DNA of 63,910 bases, counting the filler, from Atractiella rhizophila (Eukaryota), in assembly GCA_021432655.1 (NCBI GenBank). It is 5 parts of 4 records of this genome, joined end to end, with 100 filler letters (N's around TTAATTAATTAA, not from the genome) between each part and the next. Parts side by side here need not be neighbours in the genome. Positions count along the whole stretch, not along the records: positions 1 to 29,659 come from MU271183.1; positions 29,760 to 55,436 come from MU271183.1; 3 more parts are not named here. One strand, 5' to 3'. The position numbers were made by a program, and so were the translations under genes. Under the pieces are notes generated by a model that ran no database searches, was not told the origin of the DNA, and saw nothing but the letters and a program-made list of their open reading frames with translations. Of the stretch, positions 24,257 through 36,058 are shown in pieces. Position 1 is the first letter of the stretch. Each line of letters starts with the position of its first letter.

Positions 24257-25621
24257 TCAATGGAGAGGAGAATCACTTTCAACTTTGAATTGGTGCTCCT
24301 CCGCTAAGCGCTTCAATGTTTCCATCGCCTGACTTTCAAAACCTCCTTTCAAGCGCACAAGTCTCAAAGCTGGGAGTGATCCTTCCATAATCGCGCTATT
24401 TAATTCGACTGCAATTTCGCGTGCTTCCTCATCGCCATAAAGGCGCAATTTACCAGCATCGAGATTTGCCTCGGCACGAAATCCTCCCACAGTCGAAATA
24501 TGCAAGATCGTTACTTTAGAGTTCAGCAGTCTGAAAGCATCAACAAATGTCGGGTTGGAATTGTTTCGCCCTCCGCAATAAAGGTACAGAAGCTGGCGAA
24601 GGCGACGGTGGCTCCCGACCGCAATTCGGAACACTTGTAACAACCCTGAGTTGTGCAAGAGCTTGTAAATACCGTCTCCTTCATCCTGCATGGTCCAGCC
24701 TGCATGTAACTTTGAGAGCTTGAAGAGACATTCTGGAAAATGAGGAGACAACATTTCACAATGTGCGAGGCCTAATGAAGAAAGGTGGTTGAGATCCGTA
24801 AAGTTTGGAAAAGCCTCCTCTATGCTCCAACGCTCCGTGGTGTAGGAAGGATAAAGTGTGAGGCTAGTGATAGAGGTCGGAAGGACGCAGCCGATCGGAA
24901 ATGACCTAAACTCCCATTCAAGCCTTCTCAAACGCGACAAAGAGGTTATTCTCCTTCTTGTGGCTTCATCAAGGTCTCCGCACTGAGTAATAAGCTCTAG
25001 GTTGGTGAGGGCACAAGAGGGGAGATAATACGTTGAGAGCTGGTCGATTAGGGGGAAGAAGAGATCCTCTAGCTGCCTGCTGGCGGAAAGGTGTGGCAAA
25101 ACTACTTCAGCTTCAAGGCATTCCGGTTTCAAGAGTTCAATCCGACCTATGGAAAGCCTCTTCAACCTCGGTAGAGCAGGGAAGGTAATCGGGGCTTGCA
25201 TTAAAAGGACGTCGAAATCAATGCAAAGCGATAAAAGGGACGGTGCGACTTCGCGTAACGCGTCGAACATCGCAATGCGGCTCGGATTTTCATAGGAGAT
25301 CCCAGTGAAAGTACAGTCACCAGCATTTTCGGCGATAGTTAGTGTTAGATGCCGAACGTTCGCGATATTTGACGACACACGTTGTAGCCGCCGCGCAACA
25401 CTCGCCTCCGCGTAGTGAAAAAGGGAGAGGTACCTAAAGTAGCACTCCTGCGCGATAGAGAGTTCAAAGACTCTACGCTGGTCGAGAACAGGCTGACCGA
25501 CAGAGTTCCAGGATAAAGAAACCCTGCAGCATTTTGCTAGGTCTTTCCGGGAGAGGGAAGAGAATATCAACACAAGAATGTCGTCTAATAGCACTGGAGT
25601 GTGCTCAGGTAACGGCGCCAT
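24257..25621 (-). CDS. Intronless F-box protein with LRR/RNI-like body
   Basis: 454-aa ORF with N-terminal LLDDILVLIFSSL..DLAKCCRVSLSW F-box and repeated LxxLxL segments. Confidence 0.72.
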   Translation of the reverse strand: MAPLPEHTPVLLDDILVLIFSSLSRKDLAKCCRVSLSWNSVGQPVLDQRRVFELSIAQECYFRYLSLFHYAEASVARRLQRVSSNIANVRHLTLTIAENAGDCTFTGISYENPSRIAMFDALREVAPSLLSLCIDFDVLLMQAPITFPALPRLKRLSIGRIELLKPECLEAEVVLPHLSASRQLEDLFFPLIDQLSTYYLPSCALTNLELITQCGDLDEATRRRITSLSRLRRLEWEFRSFPIGCVLPTSITSLTLYPSYTTERWSIEEAFPNFTDLNHLSSLGLAHCEMLSPHFPECLFKLSKLHAGWTMQDEGDGIYKLLHNSGLLQVFRIAVGSHRRLRQLLYLYCGGRNNSNPTFVDAFRLLNSKVTILHISTVGGFRAEANLDAGKLRLYGDEEAREIAVELNSAIMEGSLPALRLVRLKGGFESQAMETLKRLAEEHQFKVESDSPLH

Positions 25622-26267
25622 CCTGCCAAGCCTATGTCAGGCATCAGATCATTAGATACAGCGATCAATTTGTTATCTTTTAACACACCTGTACCGGTGG
25701 TAGAATTGTAGAGGAGTTAACTTGAATGATCGTAGGTTTTCTTCTCAAGTTGGTCGCTTTTGTCATGCTAAGAGGGGTTTGTTTTTAATTGTTTTTGAGT
25801 ATCGCTAAAGCGGCTGCTGACCGGCGTCACTTGTCGCTCAGCCTAACCGCTGAACGCAACCGCTGAAACGAAAATGGCATCGACAACGCATGCCGATTTG
25901 GCTGAATCGCTAAACTGCCCAAGACTTTGAGAACGAGGGTTCAAACCTTCAAAGCCAAACCGCTTACAGTAATCGCCCGCTGAGGAACGCGGATTCTCCA
26001 AACTGCTGAAACGATCTTTGAAACCCTTGAGCTCGATCTCTGCACGATTCCAATTTACGTTCACACTCAAGCCAGAATTTGCACTCCCTCTGACCACGCC
26101 TTCGTACCTTCTCCGCCGTTCATGATAGTCTGTCGGAAGAGCTCCACCTCAGCGCTCGCCACAAATATACGGAAAAGACGGGGTCTCGTATACTGTAATT
26201 TGACAATGCAAACAAAGCTTGAGAAACGTACACTACATTTCATTTGGTGAATTCCGCGACAGGGTAT

Positions 26268-28395
26268 TTATGATACCCTATCCAATCCCACAATCCTTGG
26301 ATCACCCGTCCCTGCCGTAACCTCAAACTCATAGCCTACCGCCGTCTTCTGTCCCGGTTGTACCTCGATCTTCCACTCGACCTCACCGGGTTTCTTCTCC
26401 CCGCTCCCTTCTTCTACACTCCACCTAGCATACACGTTCTTCCCGCAATCGCTCCACTTCCCTTTATCTTCCTCTGCCGTAGAGAGCGATGGAGAAATGA
26501 GTTTGACGACCAGATTGGAGTCTTGCGAGATCGGGATTTGGTCTTTCAGCACCATGGTGATGCGTGATGCCTTGGAGTTGTGCACTACCATCCTCTGTGT
26601 GAAGAGGTGGGATTTCGTTCGGCTCAGCAGACCGCTTGTAGAAGAGCGAATGGAGCGCGGGTTGTAAGTGACCCGGATCGAGGGGTCCACTCTGTCCCAT
26701 TCATTTCGTGAGTACTCGGAAATGGAGGATGGAGAAGAGCAGAACAAACCCGAGGTTGATGGGAAACTCTTCGTTCACGCTCACATCTCGCAGGTGGGCA
26801 TTGGCTACGAATGAACCGTCAAGGTAGACCGCCACTGGACCGGCGAGCAGTTGATAGTCAGACTTGTTCTTGACTTTGGACTATTTCACCAAATCCGCTC
26901 AGCAGATTTCCTGCGGTCCTGATGAGAGCACGTACGTTCAAGTAAACTTTTTCTACCACCTTTGGCACTGCGATCCATTCCAACGTCGCAGGCAAGTTCA
27001 GTTCAGCAATAGTAACGGTCTTGCCCTCCTCCTGTTCATCGCTAGTTCCAGAAGCCGACAAGACTGTAGTCCTCCCTGGCACGTCGAATGTTGCGCTCAT
27101 CGAGCCTTGTGTCGTCACGGCGGCAACGTTAACTGTCTTCTTCTTCTTCTTCGAAGCAAAAGAAGCTGAACGGCGAAACTCGTCTGCCTGGAGCGATAAA
27201 TGTGAACTGGCGCCGGCTAGAGAGTCGAGACGCTCTCCCCTTTCAAGTATGCCTCCGAAGTTTGGTGAGAAACCAGCTGAGCGCGATACAGGTGCAGGCA
27301 TTGCGACAGGAACTGGAGGGGAAGGCCGTTGAAAGTGGATCGTCCATGGAGGAAGAGTAGGCACGTCAGTCGAGGTGGTTGGGTGGGATGTCGAGAGCGT
27401 TAATTGGACGGCGTTCCAGTCCTGTTCGTTGATGTATTGAACGTTTCAGCTCACATCTGTCTGAAAAAGGAATGGAGAGAACAACGAACCTCACCAGTCT
27501 GTTGGGAGATGTTGGCTTTGTAAGCGAGAGCCACCGGTTTCTCTCCGGATTCTTTAGTGACTACGGTTTTGATTCGTGCATCAAAGAGGGGTCTCCAGCT
27601 TGCTCCATGGACGGCTGTAAGGATGAAAGTCAATTGATAGCAATGACAAACGGGTTGGAGCTTACCATATGTGATTGTAAGCTCGGTTTCTCCCTCTGCT
27701 GACGCAAAAACGCCAACTACAGCCTTACTCCTCAGAGACTCATTCTTCCCTTCCAACTTGTCCCTCTCCTCATTCATAACCCTTTCACGCTCTACGGAGA
27801 TTGCATGATCGATCTCCTTGATTCTTTCCGTCAATTGATGGATGGATTGTCCCATGTCCGGCGCCTTGTTAGAATGGAAGTCGATTATGCTTTCCAGTTG
27901 TTCGACAGAAACTGTTGTTCGCTCACAACTCAATATGCTTCTGGCAGCGAAGGAAGCAGGGGAACGAACCATGTTCCGGATCCACCTTGGACATGTACGT
28001 ATCGAGCATTCTTGACCGCTTTCCTATCCTGTCCTTCTCAGCCTCCAACGTCCTCCTCTCCTCAGCGAGCTCTTTGGTCTTTTGAGTCACAGGTGTAGGG
28101 AGTACAGGCCGCGGTGAAGTAGTTAGGGACACATGCTTCAAGATGGTTTCGAAGGTGGAAGAGCCTTCAACACTACAATATCTCATGAGCGTGTGAAGCA
28201 AAAGAGACCAAGCGCGGCCCACCGTAAGCTTTCATGCACGACGTCCGTTGGTAAATCGCTCAGTACTACTTCGTTCTCTCCTTCTTTCAGCTCTGCAGTA
28301 ACTGTCCGTCTGACCTCTGCGCGGGAAGGGTAGAGCGTGACATGAGTGACGGGGAAGGATGAAGCGGAAAGGGCGATTTTGTTAACTGGATCCAT
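26268..28395 (-). CDS. DUF4140/DUF4139 (MuiA-like) protein, multi-exon
   Basis: VTHVTLYPSRAEVRR..GENEVV..LP; YxVHGASWRPLFDAR; AxISQQTGE-DW; ATFDVPGRTTV; WIAVPK; LLAGPVAVYLDGSFV; LGVDPSIRVTY; DQIPIS. Confidence 0.85.
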
Positions 28396-29659
28396 GTGGT
28401 GGTTCTGGTAATATGTCAAGATGGCAGTTCTTGGTGGGTGAAAGGGAACTGGTGCTGGCTTTTATGAGGATTTGCAGCTGCAACGGTTGGAGCTTGGGCA
28501 AGTCACTTCGTGTCTGCTGAGGTGGGGTAGAAGTTGAATGCAGGAAGTGCGCAGCAATCACGTTTATTACTTGCCCATAATCGCGGCACGTGCCATTTTG
28601 ACGGAGCTTTTGGGTTCAAAAGATCAATCGCCTCTCTTGTACCTCTAGTGAACAAGTAACTATATTCGTCTTGGCAGACATGGATGGACTAGTTTGAGTT
28701 GGAAATGTAGCAGGACATGGAATATATTTTTCGTTCGTTCAATTTGATCCTAGCTTGTTCAAAAGCAAAGGACAAGACCCAAACATGAGGCATCGTTTAG
28801 CCTTTTCAAGTTGAGGCGCTCACAGAGAAAGGAGTAATTACTTCTTATAGTTGGCGATAGGTTGGTAAAAGTTTTCGAGCTGTTCAGCTGCTTGAGCACA
28901 TCTTTATTTCAATGAAAGTCAGTGAAGCTTCGCTGATTTGTCCCTTGAAATGAATAGTTTCAAAGGAGGTGAGTATATGTCGCCAACTTCGGCCTTTTGC
29001 AAGGAACGGTTGTGGTTCTTACCCTAACTCCCCCGTGATCGACGAGCTGCCCTGAGCGAGCGATCGACTTCAGCCTTCGATGACATCAAAATGGAGAGAA
29101 CGGATAAGGGGAATAAAGAGTTGCGGGATATGTCCTACTACAAATCAAATCAACAGGAAAAAGCGGATAAATCGCAGAAGCTGTCTGCACCTCAATCCCA
29201 GCTGGCGCCTCAGAACGGAGCACGGCCCAACAACGTCACTTTCAATCAACTCTGCAAGCCCGAGCAGGAGATAAAAGAGCGAGAACGGAATTGCAGTATC
29301 CTACTCCGCGCACTTGTCCTGCTGTCTTTGCCTAACCATGAGCTCCCAGATTGAAGTGAAGGACAGGTACCTTGGGAGGAAAGGCAAGTAGAGCACCTGG
29401 CACTTCTTTGGTGCAAGAGATTGATCGAAGGCATTTACAGACGTATGCCTTTTTTGCGAAACAACAGTCCTTTCTTTATTTCCTCTTCCGCGAGCATATA
29501 AATCCTCAGACCTATATCCACAAGAGCCAAACATTGGCGAATGGCTCGTGAGTAACGTCTTTCCCTCGCGGCACTCCATAAAGGAGAAGACAGGGATACG
29601 TATTGTACCGTACTGGGCTACCGACGACGACAATCATGCATGGCATTCACCTCCTGCGA

Positions 29660-29759
29660 NNNNNNNNNNNNNNNNNNNNNNNNNNNNNNNNNNNNNNNNN
29701 NNNTTAATTAATTAANNNNNNNNNNNNNNNNNNNNNNNNNNNNNNNNNNNNNNNNNNNN
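29660..29759. other. Artificial contig spacer 44N-TTAATTAATTAA-44N
   Basis: An identical 100-nt spacer occurs four times; the 12-mer gives stop codons in all six frames. Confidence 0.95.
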
Positions 29760-30189
29760 TTCCATGGAGTTAGATTGCATACTATTCGGATAATCGAAGA
29801 AACGCACAAATGACAGGTTGGCATGTTGGACACCTGAGTGAACCTCAGAAACCAGAGTTGTCTACCAGAATCGAAAACGCCGTAGTAATGCTCGAATCAA
29901 TCTTCAGGGAACCTCATATATCATACGGTAATGCTGATGCTGTTGTGGCTGCAATGATGTTCGTTATGGACCCAGTTCCCCCATTCGTTAACTGTCGCCC
30001 CATGCTGCATTTCGGATCCGGGGTTTTCGCATCCAACGAAGAAAACCACCACTGCTCAAGTCGATTCTTTGTTGGGAAAAATTATGTGTTATGACATGAC
30101 GGGACGAGTTCTTCATAAGTCTGAAGCCATGGAGCAAAGGCCCTTTCTTTCTGTTACGCTCCGGAGGACACGAATCCCTCTAAGGAAGC

Positions 30190-30284
30190 GTTATGAGAGA
30201 ATACCGGTCTATCAATGTCAACTTCTCTTTCTGCAGAGTTATGAGAGAATACTAGTCTGTCAATGACAACTTTTCTTCTGTAAA
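30190..30284. repeat. Imperfect ~48-bp tandem duplication (2 copies)
   Basis: GTTATGAGAGAATACCGGTCTATCAATGTCAACTT.. followed by GTTATGAGAGAATACTAGTCTGTCAATGACAACTT.. Confidence 0.85.
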
Positions 30285-30945
30285 GTTAAATTTGAGCGAG
30301 GAGTCGTGTCGCTCCTTCCTCTTAGTTTGACATTTTGATGGATCAAAGAGTCCGTGTAATTTACGAGAGAGTTCTGTGCCGTGCTTAGGTCTTTCCAGAG
30401 TCTGGGCCTTGGCTTTACTGCTCTGTTATGGTCATTCACATTCTCATGCAGACACCCAATAACGCTTCATCACAACTGTCTTTGAAGTCTGGACTGTTAC
30501 CTTCTCCAACCAAACGTCACCTGCTTTTCCTCTTTAATTGTTAATCAAAGTCGATTCACTATTGACACTGCATAATTTAGTCTCGCGCCGTTCGTCTCCC
30601 ATCCATACCAAAATGTGATTTGGTTGGCGCCGTATATGCTCAGAAGCTATTCTCTCGCGTTTGTTCTATTAGAGAACTTACTTACTCCTGACAGACTCTT
30701 CTCTTATTTCTTTCATTCTGGCGGCCTTGTGCATAGTGACACAAGTTTCTGTCAAAGTCAATGCAAGGCCAACTTGTCTCATCAAAGGGAGAGACCTTCG
30801 GGACAAACTCAGAAAGCATTTTCTGACGAGATAAAATGTCCTTCTTATTCCATATCTCTTCCAGCCTTGTCTCCCAAGATATAAAATCCACCTGGTCCTA
30901 TCACATCCATCTTGTTCACTTCAATTTCCAAATCTCAAAGTCATC

Positions 30946-31482
30946 ATGGTTTGCGGCCAGTGTTACATCAAAGGCTACAAGTCCTGCAACCACGAATTCC
31001 GCACAAATCTTGATTACACCGCATATAGCCGAAAACAGCAGATATTCTCTCAAGGCGTGCACAGGCGTAGAGGCGCCATTAGTGGTGGTGATATCGGCAC
31101 TCAACTGGCGGTCAAGGGTGGCGGGGTATCCAATGGTTCGAACTTGAAAGAGAAGATACAGAACCTCCGCAAGAAAGGCAAGAAAGCACTCCGCTCCTCC
31201 ATACCTTCTTCTCCCTTCCTTCCTTTCTCCAAATCCTCAAACCAGCAACAGCAACAGGCGCGGTATGATTTGGAGGTGGTGCTGGAAAATGAGATGCGCC
31301 GCCTTAGTGCTATGGAAAAATTAGCTGAGAGGAGGAAGCAGAACGCCTCCAAGTTTGTCGAAATGTTGCCTGAACAGAGGGTTAGACTGGCGGTTTTTGA
31401 GGATAAACATGGCTTTTATAATGTTGACAAGACGGGGAGAAAGATGTACTTGAAGGAGAGACTTGACGAGATCTTTCAGTAG
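30946..31482 (+). CDS. Small intronless hypothetical protein, N-terminal CxxC-x7-CxH, C-terminal DxxGxYxxDxxGxKxY motif
   Basis: 178-aa ORF with good start context (TCATCATGG); motif shared with the ORF at 33206. Confidence 0.6.
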   Translation: MVCGQCYIKGYKSCNHEFRTNLDYTAYSRKQQIFSQGVHRRRGAISGGDIGTQLAVKGGGVSNGSNLKEKIQNLRKKGKKALRSSIPSSPFLPFSKSSNQQQQQARYDLEVVLENEMRRLSAMEKLAERRKQNASKFVEMLPEQRVRLAVFEDKHGFYNVDKTGRKMYLKERLDEIFQ

Positions 31483-31858
31483 TTTGGTAGTTTGACAATA
31501 TCCGGTGTGCTATGACTATTTAATACTTGACAATCAAAAGATTGGTTTTTTACACATGTCTCCGTTCTGTTTCACATTTGATGCAATGATGCCTTCCATA
31601 TGACGAGGCAAGTTGAATTTGTTCTCAGGGCTTAGAACTGAGACATGGTTGACGGGATCTAGAGGACATGGACTAGACTGGAAGGCAGTGGATAGACCCC
31701 GAGTGCGAGAGACAAAGTGGGGAAGAGAAAGAAACAAATAGAAACTTTCGCTTATCGTCGACAAATAATTGGATGTGAATATTGAATATTGAATAGTGAC
31801 ATTGCACTCGAGTAATGATTATTAAGATGAAGGTGCATAAAAGAAGGACGTAAAACGC

Positions 31859-32919
31859 TTAGCAAACATTTCCCTTTTTACACTTGCCCAAACAATGATA
31901 GGTCCCAATCCAGGAGTCTTCTGAATAGACGGCCAGTCCAAGCATCCACCCGTTCAGGATCTTCGACGACGATTCTCAGGACATTCTAACAATCCAGAGG
32001 AGCACGGGCTCACCTGGTGCACATAATCAAGATTCTGCGGGTCTCCATTCTTTACCCCCTCTTCAGAACAGGGGTAAGACTGTGTGAGGCCATTGTTACC
32101 ATTGAAGCCATTGCCTTTTGTAAACTGTATCATAAAAGGGTGAGTTACATAGTAAATAAGGCGAAGAGAATCTTACCCATCCATTATAGGCCAAGTGCCT
32201 TCAGGATATTCCCTTTACTATCATCTAGATGTTGGCGAAGTTCTTTTGTCGCGATGTCAACATTGTCTGCAACAGAGTTCGTGCTGTATTCACTTGAGCA
32301 TTACCACAAGGTGAGGAATTAAGAATACCATTGCCCTTCAGGATAGTTTTCGCAAGGAACTTGCATTAAACCTGTATTCCATAATTTGTTTGGGACCTTA
32401 CGATAAGAGAACAATTGACCAGGAGTAGAACCTCCTGCGTCTGCGTTGCACGAGCTTTCCTGCATGGCAATAATGGCCAAGATTGCCGGATCGACATCGT
32501 ACCTTTTACCTGAAGCCTAGACCATTGGTGAGCGTCATTGCACTCCGACGAGAGACATAAGCCAGGTCACCTGAAAGTATTCGTCGTACTGGAACCATCG
32601 TTCAGAATATCACATGACAAGGAGAAACACGTACTTTTTTACAGTCTTTGCCGAGGTCAGCATAAAACTGATCTTTCCCAATTACAGAGATCGAACTGAC
32701 ATTCAGAAAAGGCGGATCCCATCCAGTTTCGTTCTTAATCCCTCTATTTAACCAATCTTGGGAGCCATTTGGCCCGCTGCCGGGAGTGACGCATCGCGTT
32801 GCTCCTTTCGCTCCTAGATTGATATCAATACCCTCGATGCATTTGCTTTGTTGTTGCTGGCACTTGGCCATTGCGAATGAGAGGATGAACCAACTGCTGA
32901 CAAATAGTGAAATAAACAT
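31859..32919 (-). CDS. Secreted lysozyme-like / lytic transglycosylase (GH23, SLT domain), multi-exon
   Basis: Signal peptide; SGPNGSQDWLN; VDPAILAIIAMQESSC (catalytic Glu), GLMQV, ALGLYNG-W, LDYVHQ-ILNGW. Confidence 0.85.
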
Positions 32920-33205
32920 TTTGGTGGAAGGAATGCGAGAGCTGAGGAAGGTACCTTATTATATCAAGCCAGAATACAAGGTCTGCACAAGCGCATCACA
33001 CATCCTTTATGATTCCTTGGCCGTACTGACAAAGGCAACAAAGACTACATCAGTATTAGTGAAATGAATGAAGGTTGGAAGAAAGCACCATGCATCACAA
33101 GGTCATAAGGTATTTCCGCCTTTGCACAAAGACAGCAAAACATGAAAGCCACAGTAATAATAAAGTCCGATTTCCAGCGCTAGACTTTCCATTCCGCGTT
33201 TCACA

Positions 33206-33664
33206 ATGTCCGACTCTTGCCCGGTTTGCTCAGGACAGATTCTCTCTAAAGGGCGTCTGGCAGTTTGCTTTCTATGTCGCCAGTGGTTCTATCCTACTTC
33301 TACTGGCCTGAACCCTGGCTTTCTTCCCTTAAGTGAGGCGACATCGTCAGCACTAGAGAGGAGAGCGCATATATTATCGGAGGAGCAGGCGAGACTACTT
33401 CAACCTTCCATTAGTCAGCGTCAACTTGAGCAGAACGCACTTCAGGTGCTGGGATTGCAGCGCAAGCCACAGGACGAACATGGTGGAACAGCTCAAGCAA
33501 CCTCCGGGAACACCATACACGAGGAACCCAACGAGAATCGATGCATTGGATTTGTCGACCTCCCAGACGTTGGGGCAGTCGTGCTCTGGTGCGACAACAT
33601 TGGCAGGTATTGGTTGGATCATAACGGAATGAAGATTTACATAGGTCCTGAGCCGTCTTCCTGA
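33206..33664 (+). CDS. Small intronless hypothetical protein, N-terminal CxxC-x12-CxxC, C-terminal DxxGxYxxDxxGxKxY motif
   Basis: 152-aa ORF with CACAATG start context; motif shared with the ORF at 30946. Confidence 0.6.
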   Translation: MSDSCPVCSGQILSKGRLAVCFLCRQWFYPTSTGLNPGFLPLSEATSSALERRAHILSEEQARLLQPSISQRQLEQNALQVLGLQRKPQDEHGGTAQATSGNTIHEEPNENRCIGFVDLPDVGAVVLWCDNIGRYWLDHNGMKIYIGPEPSS

Positions 33665-34166
33665 TCAAGGAGTCATCACAAGCCCCCAAACCACACTGTT
33701 GTCTATTTTGTATACTGCGTTGTATTTTGGTTGATAACGTCAGAATAATTCAAACATATCGAGTATTTGACCAATCTCCCTCACCAACTGGCAAAGAGGG
33801 AAGACAAAACTATACTTCCGCTGTGCTGTGCAAAAGGTCACTCACGGATATCTACTAAATCAATGCCTCCTGTTATCTCGACATAACCCTCATGTATTTC
33901 AGGCCAACTTGGTGGGAATGTTCGTGTTTATTAATAAGGTTTCACTGCTTGTTGTGGAGTAGCGTATTTGAAATAAGATGCTCAACCTTAAGGCAACATT
34001 GACAGTCATTCGAGTATTCCTTCGATTTTCCAGGATCTGATTCTAGTCTAGTTCCCATATAACCTGGAACTGATATATTCATATATACCCCAGTACAACA
34101 CCTCCCCCTTCGAGATCACCTGATACCGAAGCCGAGTCAGACAGCCATCGTTGAACAAGTGCCAAT

Positions 34167-34918
34167 ATGGATTTCGCAGATGAGGAGCCGACACATTCAC
34201 TAGATGACTTTTCAGAAAGCCCTCAAGAGGCGCACCGCTCACTTGCTATTCTTTCAGTCAGTCTGGGGACGGTAGTTCCCGCAATAGCAACAGGCATGTT
34301 CGTGGCTCTTCGACAGGATAAAACGACAATAGCCTGCTTCGTCTTCGCTTTCGCCCTCGTGATTCTACTCTATGGCCTTTTCGAAGGAATTTTAGCACTC
34401 TTTTCACTGAACGCGACTGCAGAAAGGACACCAGAAGATGATGTTGCAGTTTACGAACCTCTTCGTACGGTGGAGTCACCGAACTCGCCAAGAGACCGCG
34501 GTGTGGAAGGACAAGAAAGGGAGTCACCTCCAGGATATGAGGACGCAATTGACCCTTCAAAACAAATTCCATTGCCGTGTGTCCTCTGCTTTCACCCGTC
34601 AATGAAGGCGCACTTATGCTCCTCCCCAACAGCCCAATCGACCCCTCGGCGGACGTAGAGCTTCAGCTTTCCTCTTCTCCTTATACGGCAACTTCCATCT
34701 TCCCCCTTCCTCCCCATCTTCGGCGCACCTGGAAAGCGATCGGTTGCGGGTTGACATTGCTCTTCCTTGACGCTCCTTTCCTTATGATTGATGCGGAAAG
34801 CTTTCCTGATGATTCGGGGTTCAAGCTGGCCTGGATAGGCGTATTTTGGTTTGCTCCTTTATCTGGATGGGCCGCTTACTTTTCAAAATTGAAGCAAATG
34901 AGAACTATGGGTGCTTAA
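34167..34918 (+). CDS. Small hypothetical membrane protein (~4 TM) with PPxY motif, one intron (~34578-34633)
   Basis: Two hydrophobic hairpins joined via a GTGTGT..ACAG intron; SPPGYEDA in the loop. Confidence 0.5.
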
Positions 34919-35227
34919 TCTGTTAGCTTTTACCATTTGATGTCAAGGACATTTTGGTTTGGATCGTTTTGTCATGGACAGACTTATTACATCTGCTGTA
35001 CTTGAGCTATAATCAGAAGTCAGATAATCAGCTGATACAACTACTGGGCCGCTTTAATCATCCTTCCACTGCTGCTTTGAGCCTGAGACTGGGTAGTGAC
35101 CTCTAGTTACTTGAGCAAACTAAGCTATTACCACCGCCTGCCACCGTCTGGAGTAGTGACTTTGATAAATCGACGACGAAGAAGCTACTGGGTTTGGCAC
35201 TGTAGGAGCTCTCCTTGAAACGCAATC

Positions 35228-36058
35228 ATGGTAAGTGTTAGCGGCATAAGTCCAGTTATCTAAAGGTTTTTTCTTCAGCCAAAAGTTGTCCGCACAAAAA
35301 TATCTCGCACGCATGCCTCAGCACCTTCAAAACGCAAGTTCGTAACGAAAGAGATAGTGGAGGGTGATACCGTTGAATATATCGCACCAGGGAGTGGGAT
35401 GGACCTAACGGTGAGACTTCCGGTCTGTAACCTCTTGAAGTATGAAGTCTCACTCTTGATGCAGGAGGAAGAGCTCTTCAAAGCTGCATCGTCAAAGCCT
35501 TCATCCTCAGCATTCACTGCTCCTGCAACAACGGAGAAAAAGCTTTCCAAAATTACGAAGAAGCAAGAGAGAATCGCGACCTTCCAATCGCGTAGGTGTC
35601 TCTGTTGGTCTCTTACAGACTCTTAAAACTCCTGGGGCAAGTTGTCGATGCAACGAACCCGTCTGGCCAACCATACTCCAAGTCGCATATCCGCCGGCTG
35701 AAGCGGAAGAAAGCGTCTGCTCTGGCTGCCGACCTTGCGCCGTTGGAAGACATTCTGCAGGAGGTGAAGGAGACGGAAATCGAGCCTGTGGAGGAAGCCA
35801 AGGCGCAGGAGCAGGTCCCACAACTTTTGAAGGAGAAATCAGGGACAAAACAGACGAAGAACCAACGGAAGCGTTTACTGTTCGTGTTTTATCACTCGCA
35901 TTACAGACATTGATGATGACCTTGGAAACAGGATGCAAGAGAAGCAGCGACTCGATGCGCTCATGAAAGTACCAGGCTACAAGGCGGACCCTTTTAAAGC
36001 CATTCAAGATCATATTCAGAACACACTTCGCTCAGGGGACACAGGCGAGAAAGCTTGA
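35228..36058 (+). CDS. SLX9: Ribosome biogenesis protein Slx9-like; first coding exon is ATG only
   Basis: ATG|GTAAGT..CAG|CCAAAA; KKQERIATF, SKSHIRRLKRK, QRKRLL-MQEKQR..YKADPFKAIQDHIQNTL. Confidence 0.75.

Noticed and set aside
29704..29715. Palindromic TTAATTAATTAA repeated four times (also 55481, 57696, 61436)
   Set aside because: Always centred in 44N+44N; it is an artificial six-frame-stop scaffolding linker, not biology.
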